Below, one piece after another: positions 37,661 through 50,599 of a DNA stretch of 64,000 nucleotides. Below the pieces are notes generated by a model that was not told the DNA's origin, did not search any database, and saw only the letters and a list, made by a program, of their open reading frames with translations. The translations under genes and the position numbers were made by a program. The stretch lies in the NCBI RefSeq assembly GCF_009834535.1, contig NC_045698.1, positions 13,270,001 through 13,334,000 on the forward strand, given 5' to 3'. Source of the DNA: Camelus ferus (taxonomy: Eukaryota). The first letter of the stretch is position 1; every line of letters starts with the position of its first letter.

Positions 37661-40600
37661 AGCAAATAGCAAGCAGGCGAGATACCAGGTCATACCATTA
37701 TATGGAAGATTACTCATATTTTGAACTTTTGAGAAATACACATGATCGTGAAGGCCCATTTTTAGCCACTTTAAACAAAGCATCTGTATGTGTGTTTTAA
37801 AAGTTCTCCAGGTGAATCTGATGTATATCATAATGTCTCTATCACTAATGGAAAATATAAACATTAATTGTCATCATTAAGAAATCATCCTTAATGGAAG
37901 CATAATATTTGAACAGCGGGTCTAAGGGAAACACCAAAGAAGAGGGAAAAAAAATATGCTGCTACCTGGGAAATCAAATTGTTATTTTGGAAAAGAAAAA
38001 TTTGTGAGACGCTAATGACTTTAAAAACAGCTTTAGTATAGGTGTTCTTGAAAGGTCTTCTTTCTGTAGAAGAAGTATTTCATCAAACCGAAAGAATACA
38101 AGGTAATAACAAAGCCTAATAATGAAGCCTCCTAAGATGTGAGGACACAGACATTCATTAATGAGCTGTAGAAAATTCTGCTTATGACAGTGCTCATGAT
38201 TGTGATCATAAATGAATGTCATCAAGTGGCACCTAATTAGTGTGATTAACCAACTTCAGAGCTCATGGGAGAATGCCTTCCTTTCCACATGGAAAATGCT
38301 TTACATTTGGGATCAATGCCTTGTATCTAAAACACCTGCTAATAGAGCACTTTTCTTGTTTTCAGTCTCATATATCCGATTAGTCTGCTATCAGGCGGCA
38401 TGCCTGTTAGATAAGCCTGAATGACCTTGGAAATAATGAGGCACATTATTTGATAGGACTCTTCATAGTGAATTTGATGAGACTGAGTATCAGGAATCCT
38501 AGCACAGGGTTTGAAACCCAAGCCTTATTCACTTTCTTTTAAATAGCCTTAAACAAATTAAATGAGCTTGATCATCTAGGTAATTTGCAAGAGTGAATAC
38601 ATACACCATATCACTGGGAAAATTTACATGGGGAAGAAATCCACGTGACAAATAAAATAATGTCAATTGTAAATGAAGACTTAGACTAAATATTCATTAA
38701 TAGGGACAAGAACATTTTGAATCACATTATACAGTTTTTTTAATTCTTTTTCGTTACAGGGTATAACAAAGGTATTGAATGTAGTTCCCTATGCTACACA
38801 GCCATTATATAGTTCTGTGTTGGCACTTTCAGGAGCAACTTTGCATCATAGGTTGGGGCAATCTGTGCGCATCAAACTTAATAAAATTATATCATAGCAT
38901 TTTGAAAACGATGAAGAGTTATACAGTCATCTGTGCCTCTAGAGTTCGTCTTAAGCACAATATCAAACATTTAAGCATCCAAATTTCAGAAATGCAGGTA
39001 ATATTTTTTAAAAAATTATATCTCTTAAACCATAGTATTCTCACACAAACTATATCTCTTTTGAAAGTTATTACATTATTTATTTAACATAGGAGTATAC
39101 ATTTTTAAAATTTATTGAGGAATTAAATTGGAATCTGTAATTACTAGCACAAGTTGAATTTAGAAAAAGAAAAAGAAAAACAAAGATCTTGGTTTTAAAG
39201 AAGTCACTCACTGCCTAGGCTCACTTTCTTCATCTAGAAAATCAGAATCTAAGTCCCTTGTTGGGGTTATTATAAGAATCAATTCAGGCCAGGGATAAAC
39301 ACTCTTCTTTTAACTTTGTGAATTATAATACATTTATTTTTCTTGTGAGATAAAAAATAACTTTGAATGTCCGTACTACACTGAGTTCAGTTTTGGGCAT
39401 GTGAAGCTAACTTATATGCAGCCCCTCCCCTTGATATAGTCCTTATTTTGTTTTCTGAATTTAAATTTTGCTTCTTTCTGGGGATCATTTATGTTCTAGA
39501 AGATTGGAACTTTGTTCTCCCAAATTTTGAAACTGTTTTTCCCCAAGGAGACAGCATATCTGAATAAAAAGAGCCATAAATTTAAGGTAAAGGAGTAAAT
39601 TGACTTCATGATTTGCTTGCTCTATACAATATGAACTCAATTTCTTAATCTATAAACTAGATATACTGATGCTTATACTAAAAATGCTCTTTTAGATGTT
39701 AGAACTATCAACAATTATATACCTAAGTTGTTAAATGTCTATAAATCATCAAGTACTTATAAAATGCATTCACTGAAAAATATAGTTGGAAGATGAAAAT
39801 GGGAAAGAGAGCTAAAGTCAGTCTTCTTTAGAAACTGGATGTCACTAACTTCATTAGGTATGAGGTAAACTGGAATAAATTTCAAATTGGTTCATTCACA
39901 TAACTGACTCCACAACCAACATTTAAATACAAATTCCAAAGTGTTTTAACAATTATGCTGTGATCACTGTATCAATATATTTCATAATATAAAAATAGAA
40001 AAACCTAATTTTAAATTTGTCCTCAAAAATCACCTGATACTTAGAAAAGCATTTTAAGTGGCTATTGTTTATTCAATTATATCATTCCCATACAACCTAT
40101 CATTTTGTTCAGCATTGGAAGGAAAGTGTAAACAGCTGGTTCCCATGGTATTTCCTCTCCTTTTGCGGTGTCTGAACATTTTCTTTTCTCTAGTCTCAGT
40201 GCAACATATAATTCAAGATATCACAGTTTATCTAATAACCTGAAATCTGGCTGAGTTGTATGTATCAGACCAAGCACTGGGACTGCATGCTCAGGGCTGT
40301 TTATTGAATAAAAAGCAATGAATATTGATGGAATTCAGAGGAACCAGGAGAATTGGGGTTGATTGTGCATGTCTAAAGGGCCTTGGTATAAAATCTGATG
40401 GCTTCCTTGAATTGAGGTTTTCCTCAAACATTCTGCCTAGTCCTTTATGTACACGCAGGTGCTAATGACAGGATTACTCAGGCACGAGATACTATACCTA
40501 CAATGTTGTATACACTGTATGGTTTCTGGACCTACTGAGTGTGATGTGATGAGTTTGTCACTCTGAAAGCAAGACAGAAACACTAATGCTACTTAGAACA

Positions 40601-42399
40601 GAGTGGACATTGTAGTGCTATATCAATCCCCTAAAATTTCTGAGCTACTTAATAGATACGCATGCATATGCATATAAATATATATATAGATATTTCCTCT
40701 AATATAGCTTTTTACAATATCATTTATTTCCAGATACAGTGTTTCTAAAAATTATTATTAAATGGTGTTGTATCAAGTTTTGGCCAAAATTGGTTGCCTT
40801 TTACTATACTTTGAAACTCTTGGCATTCAGAGTAGAGCAGTACAAGTCAAAACATATAGAGAGATTGATTTACACATTGTGAATATATTAATGCACTCAA
40901 AAAGTTGATTCAGTCACTCATATAGTGTACCTGGCTTGATGAGAATGCCAGGAGGGATTTCAAATAACTTGGTAATTGCCATAATGGAATTTGAGACAGA
41001 AGACATTGAGTTGAGAAGCTGAGAAAAATGTATCAAGGTTTAAAATCTATATGAAGCTATTAATTCTGTCTCATTTAACTCCAGTAATTTTGTACTTAGG
41101 AGATCAAGATTTATCAGAATATCTCTAGTAGCTTTGAAACAATAAAGTGCAAGTCTTGAGTTACTGTCAAATCCGATGTTGTTAAATATACTGAATAGCT
41201 CAAAGGACATGGCTAAACCCTGCAATGCTTGGCTTTATCATGAGATTTAATAAGTTGCCTCTTGGTGATACAGTAATAAGCTTAGCTAGAGTAATTTCCT
41301 TTCATAACTTTGTGATTACTAAATGTATAATATATTCATAATTTTTTTATGGAATCAATTAAAATAATGATCCCTAATCATAACCTTCTAAAATTTTCAG
41401 TTGAATCGAATCAATTTATTACTACTAAAATTACTTTAATATGTCTTCTACATTTTTTTTTCCCTGGGGAAACATTTCATAAGCAAGACTGGAAAGCATC
41501 CATGATGGAGACCTATCTGAAAACACATTTCCTAAAAATGTCACTTTTTGAACATCATATCAATGCTCAAACGTGAGACCATTTCATTTAACAAATAAAT
41601 CCAAAGTTAATTCATTTTGTATCTATGATGTGCTGAGCACTCTTCTTCGAGGTGATGTTTAAAGTGTTTGGAGCATCCATAGATTCTTACTACAAACACA
41701 AGGTCATGGTTATCAGGACCTTATACCAGTTTGGATCAAGCAGCATCTTATAAAACCTAATATTGTATTAGATCCTTTGATAGTCTCTAATTTTCCCACC
41801 TCTCACAAGTTCAACTCTTTTTAATTCATAAGTGAATTGAAGGGCAGTGCCTCATATATGTCGCTTGGAAATTCTTGGCTCATAACAAAACATACAGATT
41901 CTGGACTCTTCATATTTAGCATTGTGCTTGGAAAAAATCCTGCTTATCTAACTTTCAAAAATTGGAGATGAACTTGTGCAAAGACTCTTCTTTAAAAACC
42001 ATAAATGATAGTAGAGTAATAATAGCCAATGGCCTCACCACATTCATTAAGCAGTGTTCTCTTCCTGTGTTCACATGAGCTATTTCAAACATACAGGGAA
42101 CAATCCCACTGTTTAATCATGATTTTTCTTAATGCTGTTGCCTCATAAACCACAAGGAAAAGCAGAAGCCATAAACTGAGAATGTTCTCAACATACTGCC
42201 ATCCAACATAAGAACAAAGATTTCTTTATGCTCATTCTTTCCCTTCATCACTCCTTTTTCTTTGGATCAGGTGATTATAAAATCTCCAAGAGGATTTGAT
42301 TTTTCTTGTATTTTGGATCTAGTAGGCATTATTAGCTCTATCAGAAATTGAACTTTCTTAGTCACGCTCCAAATCCTCCAAATCTCCAATGAGTTATTC

Positions 42400-43300
42400 C
42401 TTCCATTTTTAGAGTTTGCTCGAGTGTCTCATATCCTACTATATATTCATTTGATTTGAATTCATCATTTTTACATTCACTCACTTTTCAGCTTAATAAT
42501 CTCTGACTCACTCCTTATTTAAGTAAAACTTCTTTGAATGATATCTCAAATAAACTCTTCACATTTAAAGTTAATTGACTCATCGTTTTTATTCTACTTG
42601 ATTTATTGAAAATATAGATATGCTTAGCTACTCTATTTCATGAAATATTTTTCTTGGCTTCCACGATACCATATTGCTTTTCCTTTTTTATCTCTGTCAT
42701 TTCTTTAGTATCTTTCATTCATGTTCCTATTTTCTGTCCTTAAACATTAATATTTTCTTTATCCTCTTTTATTTCTCAGTTTAAATTTACTTTTGGGCAT
42801 TTTTTTATTTTCAGATATAACAATATCTATATTTCTAATTAAGTATCTTCTTAAACACATGCTTATATATCCAAATGTCTAATGAACACCTACCTATCTT
42901 ACAGTTCTTCAATATAAACATAATGAAAACTATCTCCAACTTTCCTTATTTCAGTGAATAATATGTTTTCTCTTTCTATAAGTTGCCCAAGACAGGAACC
43001 TGAAACTCATTTTTGATTCTTAGCTTACATTCATATGCCAAGGTCAATAAAATCAGTCACTGAGTCTTGTAAGTATCATTTATATCCACCATATTTCTCC
43101 ACCCACCTGGTTCTGTTCCCTAAGCAGTGTTCTCTCCCTTTCTCCACATAAACTACTTCAAACGTTCCTTATTGTGTTACCCCTCACTACTGACTTTACT
43201 AAATGATCTTTCTATCTTCTTTAATGATCTCCTATGTATTCTCCATAGTGCAGACATAGCCAGCTAAAAGCAAATGTGGCCATGACATACCCTTTACCTG
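42400..43300 (+). mobile_element. L2 LINE fragment
   Basis: 'cttggcttccacgatacca', 'tatatccaaatgtcta', 'agttgcccaagacaggaacctgaaactcatttttgattc' are L2 motifs. Confidence 0.7.
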
Positions 43301-43730
43301 CATAATACCAATAGTTGGGATTCTAATTCAATGTCACTTCCTCCAATAATTAAAGGTCCTGAGCTTCAGTGTCATTTTGCTAAAGCATTAGAGGCAGCGT
43401 GATTTATTTTATATTTTATGTTTATAAAAAGCAGGAAGGTAGACTAAGGATATGTCACGAGTGTCCCTCTGAAGAGCCAGCCTCATTCACTCAGCCATAT
43501 TATTATCTCCTTTCGCCAGATTTAGGCTTTCCAACCTACAGCTCAGTTAATGGTTCCCTTGTCCCATTCGGTGGTGAATCGCTAGCCAACATGCTGGTTC
43601 TCAAGTACCAACTTGGACCTCTTGCAAGAAGAACAAGACTTTTAAAATATTTACTCTATTAATTAGAACAGATAAGGTTGACCCTGTGGGGGCAGTAATA
43701 TGTGTGAGGAGTAACTCCTCTCTGCATATA

Positions 43731-43975
43731 TGGGTGATCTGTGAACAATAAGGAAGTTAGGGGCATTGTCTGTGCAGTGAAAAATCTGCATGTAACTTAC
43801 ACTTGGCCCTCAGTATACACAAGATCTCTATATCCTGATTCTTTCATATCTGTGATCTGCACCCACAGATTCAACCAACCTCAGGTGGTATAGCATCATA
43901 GTATACATTTAATGAAAAAATCTGCATACAAATGGAGGTGCACAGTTCAAACCCCTATTGTTCAAGGGTCTGCTG
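43731..43975 (+). mobile_element. Tigger2/MER8-like TcMar MITE
   Basis: TA on both flanks; 'cagattcaaccaacc' and 'cacagttcaaacccctattgttcaagggtctgctg' terminal inverted repeat. Confidence 0.85.
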
Positions 43976-44290
43976 TATACAACACGCTGCCATTTCATCC
44001 CAGGGTGATGCAGAGATGCTCAATAAAACTCCTCTACCAGAGCGCCAAATGGTAAGTGGAACACCAATAACTTTTATTTATTTTTAACTGCAGTCTACTT
44101 GAATACAACTTTTCTCAAATGATTTTCAACTACTTTAAATGTTTTTCTTCCCAAGGGCAGTATAAGGCTTTCTCATGTTCATTTTCTGAGTGATGAGAAC
44201 TTCTGTTGTATCATTTCCTCTTTCTTAAAGGTGGGTTCTTGGTATATATCATGTTCTCTGATGCCTCTGAATCTACTTTCAAAGCAAAAG

Positions 44291-44815
44291 TACCAAAGTT
44301 AAACAGTCAAGGAACAGTTTATTCAAGGTTATTGCAATACTCAGTCAGCTCAGTCTGATCCAAAGGGCTGGAGAGTTTTTAAGAATTGGGATGGTGAAGG
44401 TTCCTAGGCCATCCAGGTGTACAAATTTGCTAATTGCTTCACCCCTCCAACCTTAAAAAAAAAAAAAGAAAACTTTTTCTATTATCTTCATGCATGAGGT
44501 AGTCTTACAACGTGTAAGAAGATACCCAGAGAAGTTAGCTCTCATCCTCCCATTGAAACTGGGGGGCTGGGGGCTCACATCTTCCCTGAGAATTACAGTT
44601 CAAAGGGATCGTCCACTTGAGAAGACATTCCTAACTGTAAAACTGACAAGAAGCTTTTTACCAAGATTCCCACCTCAAAGGGGTGAGAAAGATTTATAAT
44701 GATAAGTTTTCTGAGGTAAATGCTCTAAGAAAAGGGAGGCCAGAGGCCAAGAGTCAGGACGAAGTCCGTGTGTAGCTTAGCCTGACTGAGGCGAACAGGA
44801 AGGCCTTCTTGGTCA
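44291..44815 (-). mobile_element. Solo ERV1 LTR (MER31/MER67-like)
   Basis: Minus strand starts TGACCAAGAAGGCCTT...cctcccttttcttagagcatttacctcagaaaactt; AATAAA on minus strand near 44320. Confidence 0.8.
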
Positions 44816-45129
44816 CCATCAGTCATGGCTTTTGATACATAAGGAAAATGGGAAATCAGGAAAGTAAGTTTGTCCTTCTCTGAACAAACATTTCCTTTCA
44901 TATCTTGTAGTGAATAAAGTTAGAGAAAAACTTCTTTTTGTTGTTGTTCTGTATTACCAGTGTAGTTTCAAAGACAATTGGCAGATGGGGGAGAGAAATC
45001 ATACAAAAAGGAACGAGAAGAAAAAGAAAAGAAAGTGTAGCATAATTTTATAGTTTAAAAGAATGATCTATTTACAAAAGTCAAGTTATTTCTACACTAC
45101 TTACTGGAATTACTTATTCAGTAATCTCC

Positions 45130-45255
45130 CTTCTAATCTGATGGTAAGCTCTATAAGGGCCAGGAATATCTTGTCCATTTTTTTCAACTAACCCTGTGTC
45201 TGAAATAGAGTAGCTGCTTCAGAATATTAAGGAATAGATGAATAAATCAATGAAC
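45130..45255 (+). mobile_element. L2 3' terminus
   Basis: 'ggtaagctctataagggccagga...gaatagatgaataaatcaatgaa'. Confidence 0.65.
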
Positions 45256-45825
45256 TCGTAGAGAACTCCTGAGAGAGAAAACAATGTTAGATATACATAT
45301 TTTAAACATACATCAGAACTCAAAAGCCTGATTGCCTCTCCACCTACTTTTTCTCAATGCTGTTGGAATACAAGGCTTCATTTTGATTAATATTTTGTGT
45401 CTGAAACACCAGAACTCTGGCAGCTTCATCCATATATTTTGAAATTGTAATTTGTTCTTAGTCCCCATTTCATGACAGATTGTTTGACAATATATTTGAC
45501 AAAGTAGAAGAACCTAATAATCTCACTGCTCCAAACACCTATACTTGTGAGAGTTGTGTCTTTCTTATTTCTGAATTTTAGATGTCTCATAACACATTTA
45601 TAAAGTTACAATGGGAAAAAACCTTTCTCGTTCTGCCTTGAATGGCTGGATCTGAGATAGCATCTCAAGGCAAACAATGACAATTAAAAAAAACCTCTTA
45701 ACAGGTATTCTATGGCAAGCATGGAATATTCTAATTAGACTCGATGAGGAGATTGTATTATATCTACAGGGAAATGTCCGTGCAACTACCTGTCAATTTT
45801 AAACGTTCTTTTAGAATTACGACTG

Positions 45826-46015
45826 TAGATTTAAAAGTGACAGCGTGAGACACCTAGTTACAGTTCTTTTTCAGATGAGCAACAAATAGCATGTCAATAT
45901 GAGTACATTCCATGCAATATGTGGGATGTTTATACTTTTTAGAACATTTGGTTGTTGGGTTTTAATCTGAAATTCAAATTTACCTGGATATCTTGTATTT
46001 TATCTGGCAACTCTA
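45826..46015. mobile_element. MER53 palindromic hAT MITE
   Basis: 'atctgaaattcaaatttacctggatatcttgtattttatctggcaactcta' with the mirror arm 'gacacctagtta...tttcagatgagcaacaaata'. Confidence 0.75.
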
Positions 46016-46035
46016 CTTAGAATGGATATTCGGAC

Positions 46036-46172
46036 GGGAGGGTATAGCTCAGTAGTAGAGTACGCACTTAGCATGTAGGAGGTCCTGGGTTCAATCCCCA
46101 CTACCTCCATTTAAAAATAAATAAACCTAATTACCTCACCAATCCAAAAAAAGTAGAAAAAAATTTTTAAAA
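46036..46172 (+). mobile_element. vic-1-type camelid SINE (tRNA-Ala-derived)
   Basis: gggagggtatagctcagtagtagag...ggtcctgggttcaatcccc; 15-bp TSD aatggatattc(g/a)gac at 46021-46035 and 46173-46187. Confidence 0.95.
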
Positions 46173-47149
46173 AATGGATATTCAGACAACCAATCTTCTG
46201 TGAAGTGATTCAAAGAGGAGAGTAAAATTTTGAGAATCAGACTAATCCAGAATACTGTGATCCAGTAGACGGGAAAGAAATAGCTTGCTGACTTCAATAA
46301 GAAAGATAAGAATTTTTAAAAATATCTTTTATTTTCTGATCATAAAATTTTCTAGGAATACTGGTTATCCATCATTCTTCTGTTTGTACTGAATTCAATT
46401 TTAAGAAGGTCCTGGAGGGTATTGGAGTACACAGCACAGTCTTAAAATTGCTGCTGTTTTATTCTGATTCATGTAATATACAATTGATCAATCCTTGCTA
46501 AGAAATGAATTCCCCAGTATCCTTTTTTATTGTGTTTTCAGTGAATTCAGCATATTCTTGAGGTAAGTAATTTTTCTTGGCAAGGAATTATTTAGCTCAT
46601 AGAAATGTCCATATTTTCATTAGTTATAGAAGAATAAAACACATGACAGCTTTAAAACAAACTTCTGAAAATTTATTATGGAGTTTTCTTCTTTATTTCT
46701 AACTCAATTCAAATGTTTCATGTCAGTAACTGAGTACATTAGAGCTATAATGACATTTAATATAAAGACGATGATTATATTCATTTGAATGTTGAGATAT
46801 GTGTGGGTATGTGTATGTGTATCATATGAACCTCACACAGCCGATTAAATGACAGACTGGATTAACACTATCCACTTACCTAGAAAATAAGCTTCTTTCA
46901 CACTTGTACCCAAGCAAAGTAATAGCTTTTTTTTGGTGCTGAATATAATGATCATTTTTTTAAAAGTTGATCTCTAGCCTTAGAGTCTGCAAGTTGGATC
47001 GATGAGGCTTAGTATGACCATGTAACACAGCAAATTAACCAATCCTTTAAAATAAAGTTAGCTAATTTCACTTCCTTATGCTCTTGTGAACAAACAACTT
47101 TTAGCTTTTCCTTCAAATGCAGGAAAGTATAAATGACGATGCTCTCCAG

Positions 47150-47290
47150 GACTAGCAGGCAGCACGTCCGGCCCCGCGTCGTCTCCCGCAGTGCTAGATA
47201 ATGAACGTTTATGCCCACTTCCACAGTGAAGTGATTGGCTTCCGTTTATTGTCAGGTCCAATCATGCACAAAACACGGGCGTGTTCCCTT
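47150..47290. promoter_or_regulatory. Putative promoter-like patch (CpG cluster, two opposed CCAAT boxes, ETS-like CTTCCG)
   Basis: Six CpGs in 47165-47190 against a CpG-poor background; TGATTGG 47232-47238, CTTCCG 47239-47244, CCAATCA 47258-47264. Confidence 0.4.
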
Positions 47291-47600
47291 GAAATTAAAG
47301 TCCAATTATACAAACTGGTTTAAGCTTTGTTTCCTCAGTGGTACCAGAAAATCTCCCTTACAAAAAATACCTTTCTGTTGTCTAGTTTAGCACCATTAAT
47401 TCCTCTGTGCTAAAAACGACTCTCTAGTGAAAATCTTACTTCAGAATACACGTATCTTCTAAGCATACCATTCAATGTTCCAATACTTTGCCAAGAACTA
47501 TGAACCCTTACATCTTTGGAGAATTCGAGGTAATTTATATGGTTAGAATCCTTAGGACTTGCTAAAGAAAAAGAAGAACACAAGAAAGAATTTCAGGAGG

Positions 47601-47749
47601 TGTTTTTTTAATTTTTAGAATTATTATCTCTTTATTTTTTGAGGGGGTGGATTAGGTTCATTTACTTATTTTAATGTAGGTACCAGGGATTGATCCCAGA
47701 ACCTCATGCGTGGTAATGCACACACACTACCACTGAACTATACCTCTCC
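47601..47749 (-). mobile_element. vic-1-type camelid SINE, more diverged
   Basis: Reverse complement reads ggagaggtatagttcagtggtag...gaggttctgggatcaatccctggtacc...gaacctaat...A-tail; caggag on both flanks. Confidence 0.9.
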
Positions 47750-50182
47750 ACTCCAGGAGTTATGATTTAAGCAAATGTGTCATATTGGTGGCATCTAGGT
47801 AAGACGTCTGGGAGAAAGCATATTTAAAGACAAGTCGAATCAGGTATTCTGTTTGAGCAACGTTACTTTTGAGATATCTGTTACACATCAGGTAGGATTT
47901 ATTCTTGCAGTTTTGCTTGATCTGCACCCAGAGATTAACTTTTTGTTTCATCCACAGTCAGGTACTTCTTCAAATATTTTTATCTGCTCCTTGAAAAGAT
48001 ATTTTGTAGTATTGTTTGTTACTCTCACTGAATAACTTGGGTTCTCCTAGATCAGTTATTTGCAAGGTATTCCTATAGAGGGCAAGATTGCCGAGGGATT
48101 CTTCCAGCTTATCTGGGTTCCACAGCACAAAGGTTTTCTTCTCAGCTTCCTCAAAGATAAAGCTGTTTTCAAGTGTCTTTTATTTGTGAATATCGACATG
48201 GGCTTGTCTTCTCTTCATTTGCCAATTTAATCAAAGAGCTAGGCTCAGAAATAACTTTTACTTTTACTTTCTAACATTGAACTTTCAACACTGAAATTTC
48301 TCTGAGGCTTCTGTCTTTTTCTGCATGTATTCCCAAGCAAATGCAATTGCTTTTTACAACTCTAATGTATATTTTACAGTATGTTGCCTAATTTTGCCCA
48401 CAATAGAGTTTCTAGTTGATTCTCCATTCTCCTGTAAACTTTGGGATGTTTTTTAGGAGAAAGGGAACATGCTTTGATACAGAGTTTGCTCATAGTGAAA
48501 GTATGAATAATCATCTCTAAGTGTATAATACTGTGAATTAAAAATGCAGCCTGCATACATATTTTAATAATCAGCATGGTCTAAGTAAAATTTAAGGTTC
48601 AGAATAAATATTAGGAGGAATAATTTTATTTTTTAATAAAATTATAAAGCATATGATATGAGTTTTTGAAAGCTACAACCATAATACTGCATGTTGATAA
48701 AGAAAATAAAGTATAAAAATCTTTCAACCTTTCTCTCTTGAAGCAACACTCCACAGAATATTGACTTAACCCTCCCTCTTTACAATTCATAGTGGATATT
48801 TCCTGACAGCAACTTAGATTTTCTTGTAATTCAAGAGAAGATAATGACACATCTTCCAGTTAAGAAACTGAGAAAAATAGACACACACATATACACACAA
48901 TGAAAAACATCAATAGTAAGATGTTATGTCAGCAACATGGTTTGTTTTCTGGCTTGTAATTTTAACAGTTGTTTGATATTGAGCAAGCAACTTAGAATGA
49001 AACGTTGAAGTGGTCTTAATACTACATATGTTTTATAATAGAGAAAATAACGGATTTAAATGTAGAATAGCATCACATGTTATTAAATATATGGAAAAAA
49101 TGACATCTACATGAAATAATCAACATAATCGAAACTTGAAATATGTATTTCTTATATATCTATGATCCAGCAACTTCCCTTCATGGAATCTTCCCAAGAG
49201 AAACAACCAAAGACAAAGCATGTGATGGTAGTAATAATGGTAAGAGTGATACATTTCAAGCAACCTCTTAGTAAGGCAATGACTAAATTATCTACTGTGG
49301 GTTATCATGCAATTATGAAAAAGACACAAAAATTGTGGATATAATATTTTATACACATATCTTTGCATGTATACTTTTATTTAGGTCTGTGTATGCATCA
49401 GTGTCAGTGTAAAGCAAAATGTTTAGTGTTGAATAAGTTTTTAAAATACTATGTGTATCAAAATGTTTTATGAAAATGAAAGTAAATCTAACCGACATTT
49501 TATGTTTTTTGTTTTTATGGATACACATGTATGTTTACAGAAGCATAGAGAATGTCTGGAAATACATGCTTTAAAGTAGTTATAATTGTTTTCCCTAATG
49601 AGATCGAAAGTCGCAGTCAATGGGAAAGTTTGTCTTATCTTGAATAGCAAGCGTATTTAAAGACAGTGATATACTTATTGCCCACACAAATAAAAACTGA
49701 TTTTAATAAAGGGGAAAAGTAATTATTTGAAGATCAGATTTTATTGAATATGGGTGAAGGGTGATAGTATTATTTTGATGCAAACCAACACATAAAAACA
49801 CTACAGCTATTTAAACATGCCTGATTTGAAACTGAGCTCTTTGGTGTCAGATATCCTCCATATCTGTAACATGGACTTTTGATTTAATTTGAAATTAATT
49901 AATGTCTTAAAAATGCAAGCAAAAGAAAAAACAACTCTTTGAGTTGAAGAGGAAGATCAGTCAATCATATTTTTATGAAAGATACTTAACAGCAGTAGTT
50001 TTCAGCCTTATCAGAATTTTTGTTTTTATCATTTCAATACATTTAGACATTATGTGAGACATTACTATTCTGTAGGCTGTAAGAGAGTCAATTTTCAGTT
50101 ACGGACTAATAGTTTGTCTTCTATTTGAAGAGGAAAGTGTCACATAATTATTACGGCGTGTTTTCCTTGTTTTCTATTTTAG

Positions 50183-50360
50183 AAAAACCCTTTCCTAAGG
50201 AAACTGTTTCTGATTTCAGGAAAAATTACCCACAGTGACCTTCCCCCAGTGAAACTGCCGAGAGAAGAGCGGCATCCGTGCGGATGCTCTCTGGTTCCTG
50301 ACGCATACTGGGCCTCCCCACTGATGCTGGACATAACCTGGTGCATAACCGTTGCTTCAG
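50183..50360 (+). other. Candidate exon (probably non-coding)
   Basis: Acceptor ttttccttgttttctattttag, donor cag|gtatgt, GC/CpG-richer interior. No recognisable protein. Confidence 0.35.
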
Positions 50361-50599
50361 GTATGTGGTCACCTTTAGTTTTTATTTTTCTTCAACTTTT
50401 CAGATTAATTGTTTAATTACTTCCATTCTACATACTCATTCAAACATCGTTAGTAAGAACACCTACAATGTTATGAGGAATTTCTGGAAGGACCTCAATG
50501 TAGGTATGTCTTCAGTGGTTGCAAACATAGCTCTGTAAGGAGGTGGGGTTCCCCATCCATAATCTACAGACTAACAGTTCATAATGGGATGTCAGCAGA

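Noticed and set aside
38735..38800. Strong-looking splice acceptor
   Set aside because: The sequence (ggtattgaatgtagttccctatgctacacag) is an antisense L1 3'UTR fragment.
46036..46110. tRNA-Ala(AGC)-like gene
   Set aside because: It is the head of a SINE with tail and TSD, and the stems are mismatched. The same applies to the copies at 6497 and 47601.
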